Assembly (NCBI GenBank): GCA_030647485.1
Contig: JAUSJT010000003.1
Location: 9,092 to 73,091 of the forward strand
Source: a bacterium
GTDB lineage: Bacteria > Patescibacteriota > Minisyncoccia > Minisyncoccales > UBA10102
DNA length: 64,000 nucleotides
Reading direction: 5' to 3'
Positions 36,511 through 45,530 of the stretch are shown in pieces. The translations under genes and the position numbers were made by a program. Numbering within the stretch: the stretch's first letter is position 1; every line of letters starts with the position of its first letter. The notes under the pieces are model-generated. The model had not been told where the DNA came from. It saw nothing but the letters and a program-made list of their open reading frames with translations, and made no database searches.

Positions 36511-37278
36511 TTACTCCGTGGCGACGGGCTTGCAGCTACTCACCGAGATCCTGTGTGTCTTGGGGTCTTCCGTGAACCCCACCTCCACGGCGCTCATGGG
36601 CACGAGAACCTTCATGGGTCCTGGCCCCTCAATGACCGAGAAATGCACGAAGTATCTACTCTCGTGTACCCAGATGCTACCCGTCCCGGTGATCATATTG
36701 AAGTACAGGACGGTTGGTGTCCAAATTGGACGCCAGATGGCAGGATGCACATCGCCTGGGCCTTCTCCAAGGTCTTTGATGAGGGACCAGACAAAGGTCA
36801 TGACCTGGCCCATGCCACGCCAAATGCTGGCGTAGTCGGCGCCCGGATACGCGTGTTCCGGGGCAGATGGGATGAACTGGATCTCCTCAATGGAAGACCC
36901 CACGATCCATCCTTGCCAGATCTTCTGGGCGGTCAGGAAGAACTTTCCCCCTCGCACGACCACCCCAACCTGGATGTCCAGGAAGTGGCGGGTGTTGGGG
37001 TCCAGCAGGATGATGTCGACGTTATCGACACCTTTCTGCCGGGTCATGGGACCGTTGTCGGTCCACCTAACAGGCACCGAAAGGGTGAACCCATCCTGTC
37101 CCATGGTGTGGGGTCTGGACTCGAAGATGGCGAAGGCCTCCTCTCCAGCCGTAACCACAAGCTTAATGGGATCCCCTTGCTTTGGGGCAGAAATCCTCGC
37201 CCAGCTGGCGAATCCAGCTCCTTCCTGCGGACTCTCATTGAGTCCCTCGACCGTGACAGACACTCCCATGAATTCCAT
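36511..37278 (-). CDS. Hypothetical protein with possible C-terminal cold-shock/OB domain
   Basis: GGAGGAGG RBS; VLYFN..TGTGSI...YFVHFSVI; TTGACA-17-TATAAT promoter at 37369-37341. Confidence 0.7.
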   Translation of the reverse strand: MEFMGVSVTVEGLNESPQEGAGFASWARISAPKQGDPIKLVVTAGEEAFAIFESRPHTMGQDGFTLSVPVRWTDNGPMTRQKGVDNVDIILLDPNTRHFLDIQVGVVVRGGKFFLTAQKIWQGWIVGSSIEEIQFIPSAPEHAYPGADYASIWRGMGQVMTFVWSLIKDLGEGPGDVHPAIWRPIWTPTVLYFNMITGTGSIWVHESRYFVHFSVIEGPGPMKVLVPMSAVEVGFTEDPKTHRISVSSCKPVATE

Positions 37279-37420
37279 TGTGTCCTCCTCCCGCTTTTGC
37301 GGTGAATGCTGGGAGAGCTTCTGCTCTCTCGCTGAGCAAGATTATAGCATCTTACCATTCTTTTGTCAATACCCTCGTAATGGTTCAATATCTTGTGATC
37401 ATTCCGTGATATACTAAAAT

Positions 37421-38323
37421 ATGAGAATACTTTTAGTGCTTGTGTTTCTCTTTCTTCCTCTTTCAGTATTTGCGCAGATTGCCATCATCAATGAAATCGC
37501 CTGGCCCGTAGAGTCTGCCTATGCGGCAGACCACGGGCTAAAGATGGGAACTGTGATTATTAATGAGGTTGCATGGATGGGGAGTCCAGTTGAAGGTGTG
37601 GACGCAAAGCAGTGGTGGAGATACGAATGGCTTGAGCTTTTCAATGCAAAGGACCAACCCTTGCAGATTGATGGGTGGGCTGTGGATCTGTATAGAGGTG
37701 AGGAACTTTACTTTAAAATTCCCTTAGTAGGGATAGTCCCTGCTTTTGGGTATTTTTTGGTTGGTGCTTCAGATAAGATTCTCCCGCTTCGCGGGATCTC
37801 GCGTAGCGAGACAGGAGTTGATGTGAACTACTCAAACCTCGGAGGTAAATTTTTGAATACTGGCCAGAGGGTTGTTCTATCCAATGCTTCAGGCGTGGTT
37901 GTTGATGAAGTTGATGCAACTTCGGGTTGGCCCGCAGGAGACAACAAAACCAAGCAAACTATGGAGAGGGCCGCAGGTTCTGAGGGCGTATCTGAAGAAT
38001 GGCAGACATCGGCTAAACCAGGGGGAACTCCAAAAGCTCAGAATAGCTCAGGGGTTACTAGAGAAACTGTCAGAGAAATTACAGGTCAAACTAAACCGAG
38101 TTTAGTTAAGGATGAAGTAAAACTTAGTCTGACTAAGGATGAAACAGAAAAAGACCTCTCGCGGTCTTTTCAGTCACGTGTCCCCCTTGTGAATCCTATT
38201 ACCCTTCTTGCGGGGCTTCTGGCTCTGGGGTTTTCTGGGGTTCTGCTGTTGGTGAAGCGCTCTCTGGCGTCTCGGCAGGAGCGTCAGAAGTTGAAACATC
38301 CCGAGAGGAATCTAAGGACTTAA
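37421..38323 (+). CDS. Secreted/anchored lamin-tail-domain protein
   Basis: Signal peptide, VIINEVAWMG...EWLELFN...GTP..N, C-terminal TM. Confidence 0.8.
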   Translation: MRILLVLVFLFLPLSVFAQIAIINEIAWPVESAYAADHGLKMGTVIINEVAWMGSPVEGVDAKQWWRYEWLELFNAKDQPLQIDGWAVDLYRGEELYFKIPLVGIVPAFGYFLVGASDKILPLRGISRSETGVDVNYSNLGGKFLNTGQRVVLSNASGVVVDEVDATSGWPAGDNKTKQTMERAAGSEGVSEEWQTSAKPGGTPKAQNSSGVTRETVREITGQTKPSLVKDEVKLSLTKDETEKDLSRSFQSRVPLVNPITLLAGLLALGFSGVLLLVKRSLASRQERQKLKHPERNLRT

Positions 38324-39386
38324 GCCGTAAGCTCATGCGGTGTTCTATTGCGTTTATCTCTAAAACCTGGAAAGCGTAGGTTTCTCCTTGTTTTAACACT
38401 TCTTCCATTCTTTTTCTGGTGCCAAACTCGGAGATATGGCAGAGGCCCTGGATCTTAGGTTCAATCTCTATAAATGCTCCAAAAGGATTCAGTTTGGTTA
38501 CTTTTCCCTGCACCTCGTCAAGCTTTTTCCATCTCTTTTCTATTTCTTTCCATGGGTCTTCTTTCAGAGCCTTCAAAGACAAGGAAGCTCTTCCGTTAGA
38601 AAGGTCAATTATTTTGGCCTGCACCTTGTCTCCTATTTTCACAAAGTCTCCAGGATTCTCAATTATTTGCCAGTCTATCTCTGAAATATGGATAAGACCT
38701 TCAATCTCCTCTCCTTCTTTTCCAAACTTCACAAAAGCGCCAAAGTCCACAACGCCTGTAATTTCTCCTTCTACCATGTCTCCTATTTTGTACTGCCCGA
38801 GTATTTCCTTGATTTTCTTTCGTTCCTTGGAGCGCTCGGAAAGAATAATTTTCTGGTCTGTGGGGTCCAAGTCAAAGATCTGCACCTCCAGCTCTTTGCC
38901 CATGAATTTCTGCAAAGCCAAGAGTATTTTAGTTGAATCTCCGTCTTCTATCTTGGGATAATGCTCCTGGGAAAGCTGGGAAACAGGAAGAAACGCAGGA
39001 ACGCCCAATATCTCGGCAAGTAACCCCCCTTTGTTAGCTCCAATGACTGTCACCGACAGGAGTTCTTCGTTATCTTTCTTCTCTTGGAGTTTATCCCATG
39101 TGAGTTCTTTTCCTGCTTCTTTCAGGGATAGTTCTATATATCCTTCGTCATTCTCAAGTTCAATAATTTTGCCTGCTATGCGGTCTCCTATCTTTAGGGG
39201 CTTGAGGGTTCTTTTCTCATCTAAAAATTCCCTTCCATAGATAATGCCTGTTCCTTGGGGGCCCAAATCCAAATACACGGCAGACCTTCCAGTTCCAATG
39301 ACCGTGCCCTCAACAATATCCCCCATTTTAAGGGGTTTTTGAGTATCTGTTTTTTGCGTAGTGTCTTCTAACAGGGCTACTGGCAT
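38199..39386 (-). CDS. rpsA: 30S ribosomal protein S1 (four S1 domains)
   Basis: GDIVEGTV, ANKGGL, AFLPVSQL, FGAFV...GLIHISE. Confidence 0.92.
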   Translation of the reverse strand: MPVALLEDTTQKTDTQKPLKMGDIVEGTVIGTGRSAVYLDLGPQGTGIIYGREFLDEKRTLKPLKIGDRIAGKIIELENDEGYIELSLKEAGKELTWDKLQEKKDNEELLSVTVIGANKGGLLAEILGVPAFLPVSQLSQEHYPKIEDGDSTKILLALQKFMGKELEVQIFDLDPTDQKIILSERSKERKKIKEILGQYKIGDMVEGEITGVVDFGAFVKFGKEGEEIEGLIHISEIDWQIIENPGDFVKIGDKVQAKIIDLSNGRASLSLKALKEDPWKEIEKRWKKLDEVQGKVTKLNPFGAFIEIEPKIQGLCHISEFGTRKRMEEVLKQGETYAFQVLEINAIEHRMSLRLKSLDSSRDVSTSDAPAETPESASPTAEPQKTPEPEAPQEG

Positions 39387-39491
39387 ATCTTGCACTATAT
39401 GCTTGAACGTTGTGTGTGTCAACCCTTCACCTTAAGTTTAAGGTGAAGGGTCAATGGACTTTCCTTCTGTTTTGAGATATAATGGATACGA

Positions 39492-39584
39492 TCACACGGT
39501 TCCTCCCGACCCCACTCTTTTAGAACCTTGCGGTTCTAATATTTCCACCACGGGAAGAACCGAAATTTTATGTAATAAAATTTT
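39492..39584. repeat. Structured repeat family B, copy 3
   Basis: TCACACGGTTCCTCCCGACCCC...CACGGGAAGAACCG plus AAATTTTA hairpin. Confidence 0.8.
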
Positions 39585-39587
39585 ATT

Positions 39588-40247
39588 ATGCAAATCTCTT
39601 GGAAGGGTCAAGCTTGTTTTTATATGGTTGTTTCTCGGGGAAAAGATTCCCAGGTAAAACTGGTGATTGACCCTTATGGGGAAGCAACGGGTTTGTCATT
39701 GCCTAGTATGGAAGCAGACGTGGTTTTGATTACGCATGACCATGAAGACCACAACAACAAGAAAGGGATAAAAGGAGAACCCTTTATTATCTCCAACCCG
39801 GGAGAATACGAGGTAAAGGGAGTATTTGTACAGGGTATACCCTCGTTCCATGATGATGCGTTAGGAAAAGAACGGGGCCAAAATACCATATATACCCTTA
39901 AGGGAGAGGGGATCAGGGTATGCCACCTTGGGGATTTCGGCCAAAAAGAGCTCACGCCCTTGCAGTTAGAGAGCATTGGGGATGTTGATATTCTCTTGAT
40001 TCCCGTTGGAGGAGTGTATACCATTAATGGGAAAGAGGCGCAGAAAGTCATAAGTCAGTTAGAACCCAAAATAGTAATTCCCATGCATTATGCTTTGCCA
40101 AAGTTAAAGTACAAGTTAAATCCGGTAGAAGACTTCTTGCGCACCATGGGAGCAAAGAAGGTAGAGGCCTTGGAAAAGCTTGTGATCAAGGAAAAGGATT
40201 TGTCAGCCGAGCGGGAAGAAACAGAAATTATGGTATTACAATCCTAA
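39588..40247 (+). CDS. MBL-fold metallohydrolase
   Basis: IDPY, THDHEDH, HLGD, IPMHY. Confidence 0.9.
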   Translation: MQISWKGQACFYMVVSRGKDSQVKLVIDPYGEATGLSLPSMEADVVLITHDHEDHNNKKGIKGEPFIISNPGEYEVKGVFVQGIPSFHDDALGKERGQNTIYTLKGEGIRVCHLGDFGQKELTPLQLESIGDVDILLIPVGGVYTINGKEAQKVISQLEPKIVIPMHYALPKLKYKLNPVEDFLRTMGAKKVEALEKLVIKEKDLSAEREETEIMVLQS

Positions 40248-40248
40248 C

Positions 40249-40392
40249 GTGTGGATTCATAAACTTCAGCAACTGCCAGAAAAAAAGCGCAAGATTATCT
40301 TGTGGGGTATTCTCGTAGTGATTGCCCTTGTGATGATTGTGTGGTGGATAGATAACATCAGAGAAACATTTATTCGTTATGGCGGACAGTAA
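40249..40392 (+). CDS. Small membrane protein (47 aa, below the ORF-track cutoff)
   Basis: GTG start 1 nt after the MBL stop; [32 protein letters not shown]; overlaps the gyrA start. Confidence 0.6.
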   Translation: MWIHKLQQLPEKKRKIILWGILVVIALVMIVWWIDNIRETFIRYGGQ

Positions 40393-42886
40393 AAAGGAAC
40401 AAGCGCTATCTCCCATAGGAAAGATAGAGGGCAGAGAAATCGTGGAGGAAATGAAGGCTTCCTACATTGACTACGCCATGTCTGTTATTGTTGCGCGGGC
40501 TCTCCCTGACGTGAGAGACGGTCTAAAGCCTGTACATCGGAGGATACTCTTTGTCATGCACGAAGAGGGGCTTACTCACGGAGCGAAATTCAGAAAATCA
40601 GCAACAGTCGTTGGAAATACATTAGGACGCTATCATCCGCACGGCGACATTTCTGTGTATGACGCTTTAGTGCGCATGGCGCAGGACTTTTCCATGCGCT
40701 ACCCCTTAATTGACGGTCAAGGAAATTTTGGAAGCGTTGACGGAGATCCTGCTGCGAGTATGCGCTACTCTGAAGCTCGCATGTCCCACATAGGAGAAAT
40801 AATGTTACAGGATATTGAGAGAGAAACAGTAGATCTCGTAGACAACTACGACGGCACAAGAAAAGAGCCTAGTGTGCTTCCTTCTCCCGTTCCCCAGCTC
40901 TTGCTAAATGGAACCCTGGGTATTGCGGTTGGCATGATGACCAACATTCCTCCCCATAACATGGGAGAGGTGCTTGACGCCCTTTTGTATATTATAGAAA
41001 ACCCGAGAGCAACCGTAGAAGACCTTTTTCAGTTTATCAAGGGGCCCGACTTTCCTACAGGAGGCATCATTTACAACAAGCAAGACATTATTGCCGCGTA
41101 TTCTCAAGGCAAGGGTCCTATTGTTATGCGCGGGAAGGCAGACGTTGTAGAAACCGAAAAGCACAACCAGATTATAATCACCGAGATTCCATACGAGGTG
41201 AACAAGTCCACGCTCGTGGAACAGTTTGCAAATCTTGTGCAAGAAAAGAAAATAGACGGTATTCGAGATATCAGAGACGAGTCTGACAAAGACGGATTGC
41301 GTATTGTCTTTGATTTGCAGAGAGACGCCCAGCCCCAGAAGATTCTCAATAGATTGTATAAGTTTTCAGATCTGCAAAAGACCTTCCATTTGAACATGCT
41401 TGCCCTGGTGGACGGCATACAGCCCAAGGTCTTGGCGTTAACCGAAGTACTCCTGTATTTTATAGAGCACAGGAGAAAGGTGGTGGGACGGAGAACGGCA
41501 TATGACTTAAAGAAGGCAAAGGAACGGGAGCACATCTTAGAAGGTCTGTACAAGTGCTTAGCCAAGATTGACGAAGTTATCAAAATAATCAGAGCTTCCC
41601 AGGACCGGGAAGATGCTCTGCGCAATTTGATAAAGCGTTTCAAGCTTACCGAGATTCAGACGAACGCCATATTGGATATGAGGTTGGCGCAGTTGGCAAA
41701 GCTTGAGCGAAAGAAGATAGAAGACGAGTTAAAAGAAATACAGGCAAAGATAAAAGAGCTCTCTGCTATTCTATCTTCTCCAAAGAGAATTGATGGGGTT
41801 ATTAAGAAAGAGTTTGCAGAAACCCGACAGTCATTTGGAGACGAAAGAAAAACCAAGGTTCAAATGCAGGGCATTGGAGAAATCGCGGAAGAAGACCTTG
41901 TCCCCCAAGAAGAGACTATTCTTACGCTTACGCAAGGTGGGTATATTAAGCGCATTAACCCTGCAACGTACAAGCTGCAAAAGCGCGGAGGCAAGGGCAT
42001 AATGGGAATGAAGACGGTTTCAGACGATATTGTGGAGCACTTCCTCTCTTGCAATACTCACGACTCTTTAATGGTGTTCACCGATTCTGGCAAGGTGTTT
42101 CAAACGCCAGTGTATGAAATCCCAGAGGGCACAAGAGTGGCAAAGGGCAGGGGGCTGTTGAACTTTATTGAGTTAAGCAGCCAAGACAAGGTTCTCTCTT
42201 TGTTTGCCTTTGGGAAGTCCGCCAAAGGCGGATCCGCCTTGGGCGGAAAAGACGCGGTACAATACCTAGTCATGATTACAAAAGACGGAATTATCAAGAA
42301 GACTCCCCTAGAGGATTTCAAGAACGCGAGAAAATCAGGACTCATTGCAATGTCTCTCAAAAAAGGAGATGTCTTGCGTTCTGTTCAAAAGAGCACTGGA
42401 GAAGATGAGTTAATAATCACCACAAGAAAGGGGCAGTCCATACATTTTAAGGAGAAAGACGTGAGGTCTATGGGAAGGCCTGCTGCCGGTACTCATGCCA
42501 TGCGTTTAAAGAAGGGAGACGAGGTGGTAGGCATGGACGTGGTGCAAGCTACAAGCTACAAGCTACAAGCTACAAAGTCAGCGTCCTTGTACCTTTTTAT
42601 TCTCATGGAGAATGGGTATGGCAAGAGAACGGACGTGAAGGAATATCGTCTTCAAACCAGGGGAGGGTCTGGGATTAAGACCGCCAACGTCACCCCAAAG
42701 ACTGGAAACCTTGTCTATGCCAAGGTGCTTGGAGGGGTTGAAGAGGATCTTATCGTAATCTCAAGAAAGGGCCAGGTTATACGCACTCCTGTGGACTCCA
42801 TACCCAAGATAAGCCGTTCAACGCAAGGAGTTCGTATCATGCGGCTTGACGAGGGCGATAAAGTTGTTTCTGCCGCATGCCTGTGA
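40379..42886 (+). CDS. gyrA: DNA gyrase subunit A
   Basis: [22 protein letters not shown], catalytic MRY, GyrA-box QKRGGKG, pinwheel repeats. Confidence 0.97.
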   Translation: MADSKKEQALSPIGKIEGREIVEEMKASYIDYAMSVIVARALPDVRDGLKPVHRRILFVMHEEGLTHGAKFRKSATVVGNTLGRYHPHGDISVYDALVRMAQDFSMRYPLIDGQGNFGSVDGDPAASMRYSEARMSHIGEIMLQDIERETVDLVDNYDGTRKEPSVLPSPVPQLLLNGTLGIAVGMMTNIPPHNMGEVLDALLYIIENPRATVEDLFQFIKGPDFPTGGIIYNKQDIIAAYSQGKGPIVMRGKADVVETEKHNQIIITEIPYEVNKSTLVEQFANLVQEKKIDGIRDIRDESDKDGLRIVFDLQRDAQPQKILNRLYKFSDLQKTFHLNMLALVDGIQPKVLALTEVLLYFIEHRRKVVGRRTAYDLKKAKEREHILEGLYKCLAKIDEVIKIIRASQDREDALRNLIKRFKLTEIQTNAILDMRLAQLAKLERKKIEDELKEIQAKIKELSAILSSPKRIDGVIKKEFAETRQSFGDERKTKVQMQGIGEIAEEDLVPQEETILTLTQGGYIKRINPATYKLQKRGGKGIMGMKTVSDDIVEHFLSCNTHDSLMVFTDSGKVFQTPVYEIPEGTRVAKGRGLLNFIELSSQDKVLSLFAFGKSAKGGSALGGKDAVQYLVMITKDGIIKKTPLEDFKNARKSGLIAMSLKKGDVLRSVQKSTGEDELIITTRKGQSIHFKEKDVRSMGRPAAGTHAMRLKKGDEVVGMDVVQATSYKLQATKSASLYLFILMENGYGKRTDVKEYRLQTRGGSGIKTANVTPKTGNLVYAKVLGGVEEDLIVISRKGQVIRTPVDSIPKISRSTQGVRIMRLDEGDKVVSAACL

Positions 42887-42900
42887 TACGATAGGTTAAG

Positions 42901-43347
42901 ATGAAAAAGATCCTTTGCGCAGTGTTCTTAGTAGGAGGGATAGCTTTCCTCGGATTTTCGTTTTCTCCTGTGTTTGCCGAACCAAAGGAAGCAGAAGATT
43001 GCCTGGATTATTGTACTTTTCTGGGGAAGAAAGAGATGAAAGAAGGTAAAGAGGTTGAGCTTTCGAAGGCACAGCCGAAAGATAAAACCTGCATTTGCAA
43101 CCCCTTGGGGCAGGGCACAAAGTTTACCGATGTGGTAGACAGAATTCTTAATATTCTCTTCTTTATTGCCATAGCCGTGGCCCCTGTCATGATCATTGTG
43201 GCAGGGTTTAAGTTTCTTACAGGAGGAGGAAACCCAGAAACTCTCCAGGGAGCGCGCCAAATGCTTATATGGACTGCGGTGGGGTTTGGTATTATACTGT
43301 TATCAAAGGGCATTGTGATGATCTTGAGGAGTATTATAGGGTTTTAG
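42901..43347 (+). CDS. TrbC/VirB2-like pilin
   Basis: Signal peptide, Cys-rich segment, AGFKFLTGGGNPE...AR..LIWTAVG. Confidence 0.75.
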   Translation: MKKILCAVFLVGGIAFLGFSFSPVFAEPKEAEDCLDYCTFLGKKEMKEGKEVELSKAQPKDKTCICNPLGQGTKFTDVVDRILNILFFIAIAVAPVMIIVAGFKFLTGGGNPETLQGARQMLIWTAVGFGIILLSKGIVMILRSIIGF

Positions 43348-43441
43348 TGTTTTGACACCATGATTAGCTTGTGGAACAATCAAGAAAGGTCGAATCTTTC
43401 AAAGTCGCATAACTAAATCAAAATATAAAGAATAACAACAT

Positions 43442-43816
43442 ATGAAAAAGTTTTTTGCAGTATTCCTTATGGCATCGGTTTTGGCGGTTCTTGCACTTCC
43501 CGTATTGGCGGCGGTAGATACCCCAGTAGGTCCCGGTGCAGGATATAGCTTGCCTGTCACCGCACCCATAAGTAGTACCGGAGGACTTATAAAGCTCTTC
43601 GAAGTTCTCACGAACTGGGTTTTTGCTCTCTTTACCTTTCTAGCCGTTATCTTCCTAGTTCTCGCAGCGCTCCAGTTTGTCACAGCAGGCGGAGATGCAG
43701 TAAAGGTTGGAGAAGCGCGCATGAAGCTCATCTGGGCTGCTGTAGGTATTATGGTAGCCTTGGCTTCAAAAGGGTTCATTCCTATAATAGAAAGTCTCCT
43801 TGGAGTAGTAGATTAG
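43442..43816 (+). CDS. TrbC/VirB2-like pilin
   Basis: LAALQFVTAGGDAVKVGEARMKLIWAAVG. Confidence 0.75.
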   Translation: MKKFFAVFLMASVLAVLALPVLAAVDTPVGPGAGYSLPVTAPISSTGGLIKLFEVLTNWVFALFTFLAVIFLVLAALQFVTAGGDAVKVGEARMKLIWAAVGIMVALASKGFIPIIESLLGVVD

Positions 43817-43835
43817 TATAGAAGAATAAAGATGT

Positions 43836-44114
43836 ATGGAAGAAGCATTACCTGAGTTGCCTCTCATTGGCGAGACTCCCGAGAAATTGATGGCGATTAT
43901 CAATACCGTCACCGACTGGATTTTTGCCGGATTTGTTGTGGCTGCAGTCATCATGGTGATTCTTGCAGCCCTTCAGTTTGTAAGAGAAGGAGGTAATCCA
44001 GAGAAGATGTCTGAAGCACGAATGAAGCTCATCTGGGCTGCAGTGGGGATAGGAATAGCATTAATGGCAGAGGGATTTGTTCCGGTGGTTCGGAACATAT
44101 TGGGCGCCGACTAA
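43836..44114 (+). CDS. TrbC/VirB2-like pilin (paralog without clear signal peptide)
   Basis: LAALQFVREGGNPEKMSEARMKLIWAAVG. Confidence 0.72.
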   Translation: MEEALPELPLIGETPEKLMAIINTVTDWIFAGFVVAAVIMVILAALQFVREGGNPEKMSEARMKLIWAAVGIGIALMAEGFVPVVRNILGAD

Positions 44115-44140
44115 GTCTCGCTAAAGATTTCTGCTCAAAC

Positions 44141-44180
44141 ACAGCCCCGCCTATGATTCATAGGCGGGGCTGTTGTTTTT
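44141..44180 (+). terminator. Terminator after the pilin trio
   Basis: ACAGCCCCGCCTATGA-T-TCATAGGCGGGGCTGT followed by T tract. Confidence 0.75.
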
Positions 44181-44209
44181 GAGGAAATTTATTGCTAAAC
44201 TTGTCGCAT

Positions 44210-44290
44210 GTCGGAGTGGCGGAATGGCAGACGCGCTGGCCCTAGGAGCCAGTGGGGCAACCCGTGAGAGTTCGACTCTCTCCTCCGACA
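44210..44290 (+). tRNA. tRNA-Leu(TAG)
   Basis: Anticodon arm CTGGC-CCTAGGA-GCCAG, variable arm GGGCAACCC. Confidence 0.88.
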
Positions 44291-44325
44291 CAAATAAAAA
44301 CTGCCCCTTCTGGGGCAGTTCTGTT

Positions 44326-44829
44326 TTAACTTCTAACTTTTATCTTTCGTAGTTTCTTGCGTTCTACCTTGGGAATCTTCAAGGTAAATATGCCATTTTT
44401 CATTGAGGCCTCTGCCCTGCCTCCGTCAACCTCCGAGGGGAGGACTATTTGCCGTGAAAAAGCTCCCCAATAGCACTCTTGGTAAAAGTAGTTCTTTCCT
44501 TCTTCCTCTTCGGTATTTTGTCGTTCCCCGGTAATAGTCACCACGTCATTCTCAATAGACACGTTAAGATCATCTGGGTTAACTCCTGCTATGGTTGCCT
44601 GTACGGTGATGTCGTCTCCTGTTTCATACACGTCTACCGCAAGCTCTCCTTCCGGCTCAAACCAATCATCTGGTTTCTCCTGCGTGACATGCGCTTCTTG
44701 TTTTGGGCTAGCCCCCTTCACAGGAATTTTGTTTACCTGTTTGCTTTCGGGATTCTTAGCGGAGGTTGGCTTCTCTTCCTTCATTTCAACGCCCATGCTG
44801 TTCTTTAACTTTTCGAAAAAGGATGCCAT
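44326..44829 (-). CDS. Hsp20/alpha-crystallin small heat-shock protein
   Basis: VDVYET...ECYWGAFSRQIVLP...ASMKNGIFTLKIPK. Confidence 0.93.
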   Translation of the reverse strand: MASFFEKLKNSMGVEMKEEKPTSAKNPESKQVNKIPVKGASPKQEAHVTQEKPDDWFEPEGELAVDVYETGDDITVQATIAGVNPDDLNVSIENDVVTITGERQNTEEEEGKNYFYQECYWGAFSRQIVLPSEVDGGRAEASMKNGIFTLKIPKVERKKLRKIKVRS

Positions 44830-45530
44830 CGTCTGTTAAATGTAAGTTTTTTTAATTTCTCAAAGAAGAAAGAAACAATTACTGCTAGACCCGCGAGCAA
44901 CGCAAGCGGGAAAAGAATTCTTGCCGTTCCTTCTAACTCCAGTATAGCGAAATTGAAAAGGGCGTGCAAGAGAGAAGAGGTAAGAAGGCCTATGGCAAAA
45001 TACTTGAATCTCTTTTGGGGTTCCAGGAGAGAGCGCGCAAGAAAGTATCCAAAGAGTCCAGAAGCTAACGCATGCAGGAGCGTTGCGCCCACAAGCCGCA
45101 CCGCGCTCAACGCTACAATGTTTGATACGGGCGAAAACGGGCCTAGGCCAGATAAGAGAAAGATGTTCTCCAGCGCGGCAAACCCCAGGCCGGAAACTAT
45201 CATATATATCATGACATCAACTGCTTCGTTGAGCTGGGGCTTGTAGAGAATAAAGGCCCGGACCACAATGTACTTTAACCATTCTTCCACAAGCGCAACT
45301 CCAAAGAAGAAGTAAAGGATAATTCTAAATTCGTCTTGGATGGGGATGTTGAGAATGAACGATTTTGCAGAGAGCTCAATGGCAATGGCAGGAATAGTGA
45401 TAAGCATGCCCCACAGAAATATCTTTCCTAAGATCCGTTTTGGTTCAGGGTGGCTGTCTTTGTGCAGGTAAAATAAAAGCCACAGGATGCTGGGCGCCAA
45501 GCCAAAGAAAAGAAACAAAGGATAGTTCAT
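44805..45530 (-). CDS. PrsW-family intramembrane protease
   Basis: VEEWLK, GLGFAALEN, LHA...LHALFN. Confidence 0.9.
   Translation of the reverse strand: MNYPLFLFFGLAPSILWLLFYLHKDSHPEPKRILGKIFLWGMLITIPAIAIELSAKSFILNIPIQDEFRIILYFFFGVALVEEWLKYIVVRAFILYKPQLNEAVDVMIYMIVSGLGFAALENIFLLSGLGPFSPVSNIVALSAVRLVGATLLHALASGLFGYFLARSLLEPQKRFKYFAIGLLTSSLLHALFNFAILELEGTARILFPLALLAGLAVIVSFFFEKLKKLTFNRRWHPFSKS

Noticed and set aside
36451-37305. 284-aa plus-strand ORF
   Set aside because: It is the antisense shadow of the GC-rich minus-strand gene, which has the RBS, promoter and terminator.
38199-38323. 125-bp convergent overlap of rpsA and the lamin-tail gene as a functional feature
   Set aside because: Both tails are low-complexity or unconserved-looking; most likely incidental stop-codon drift.
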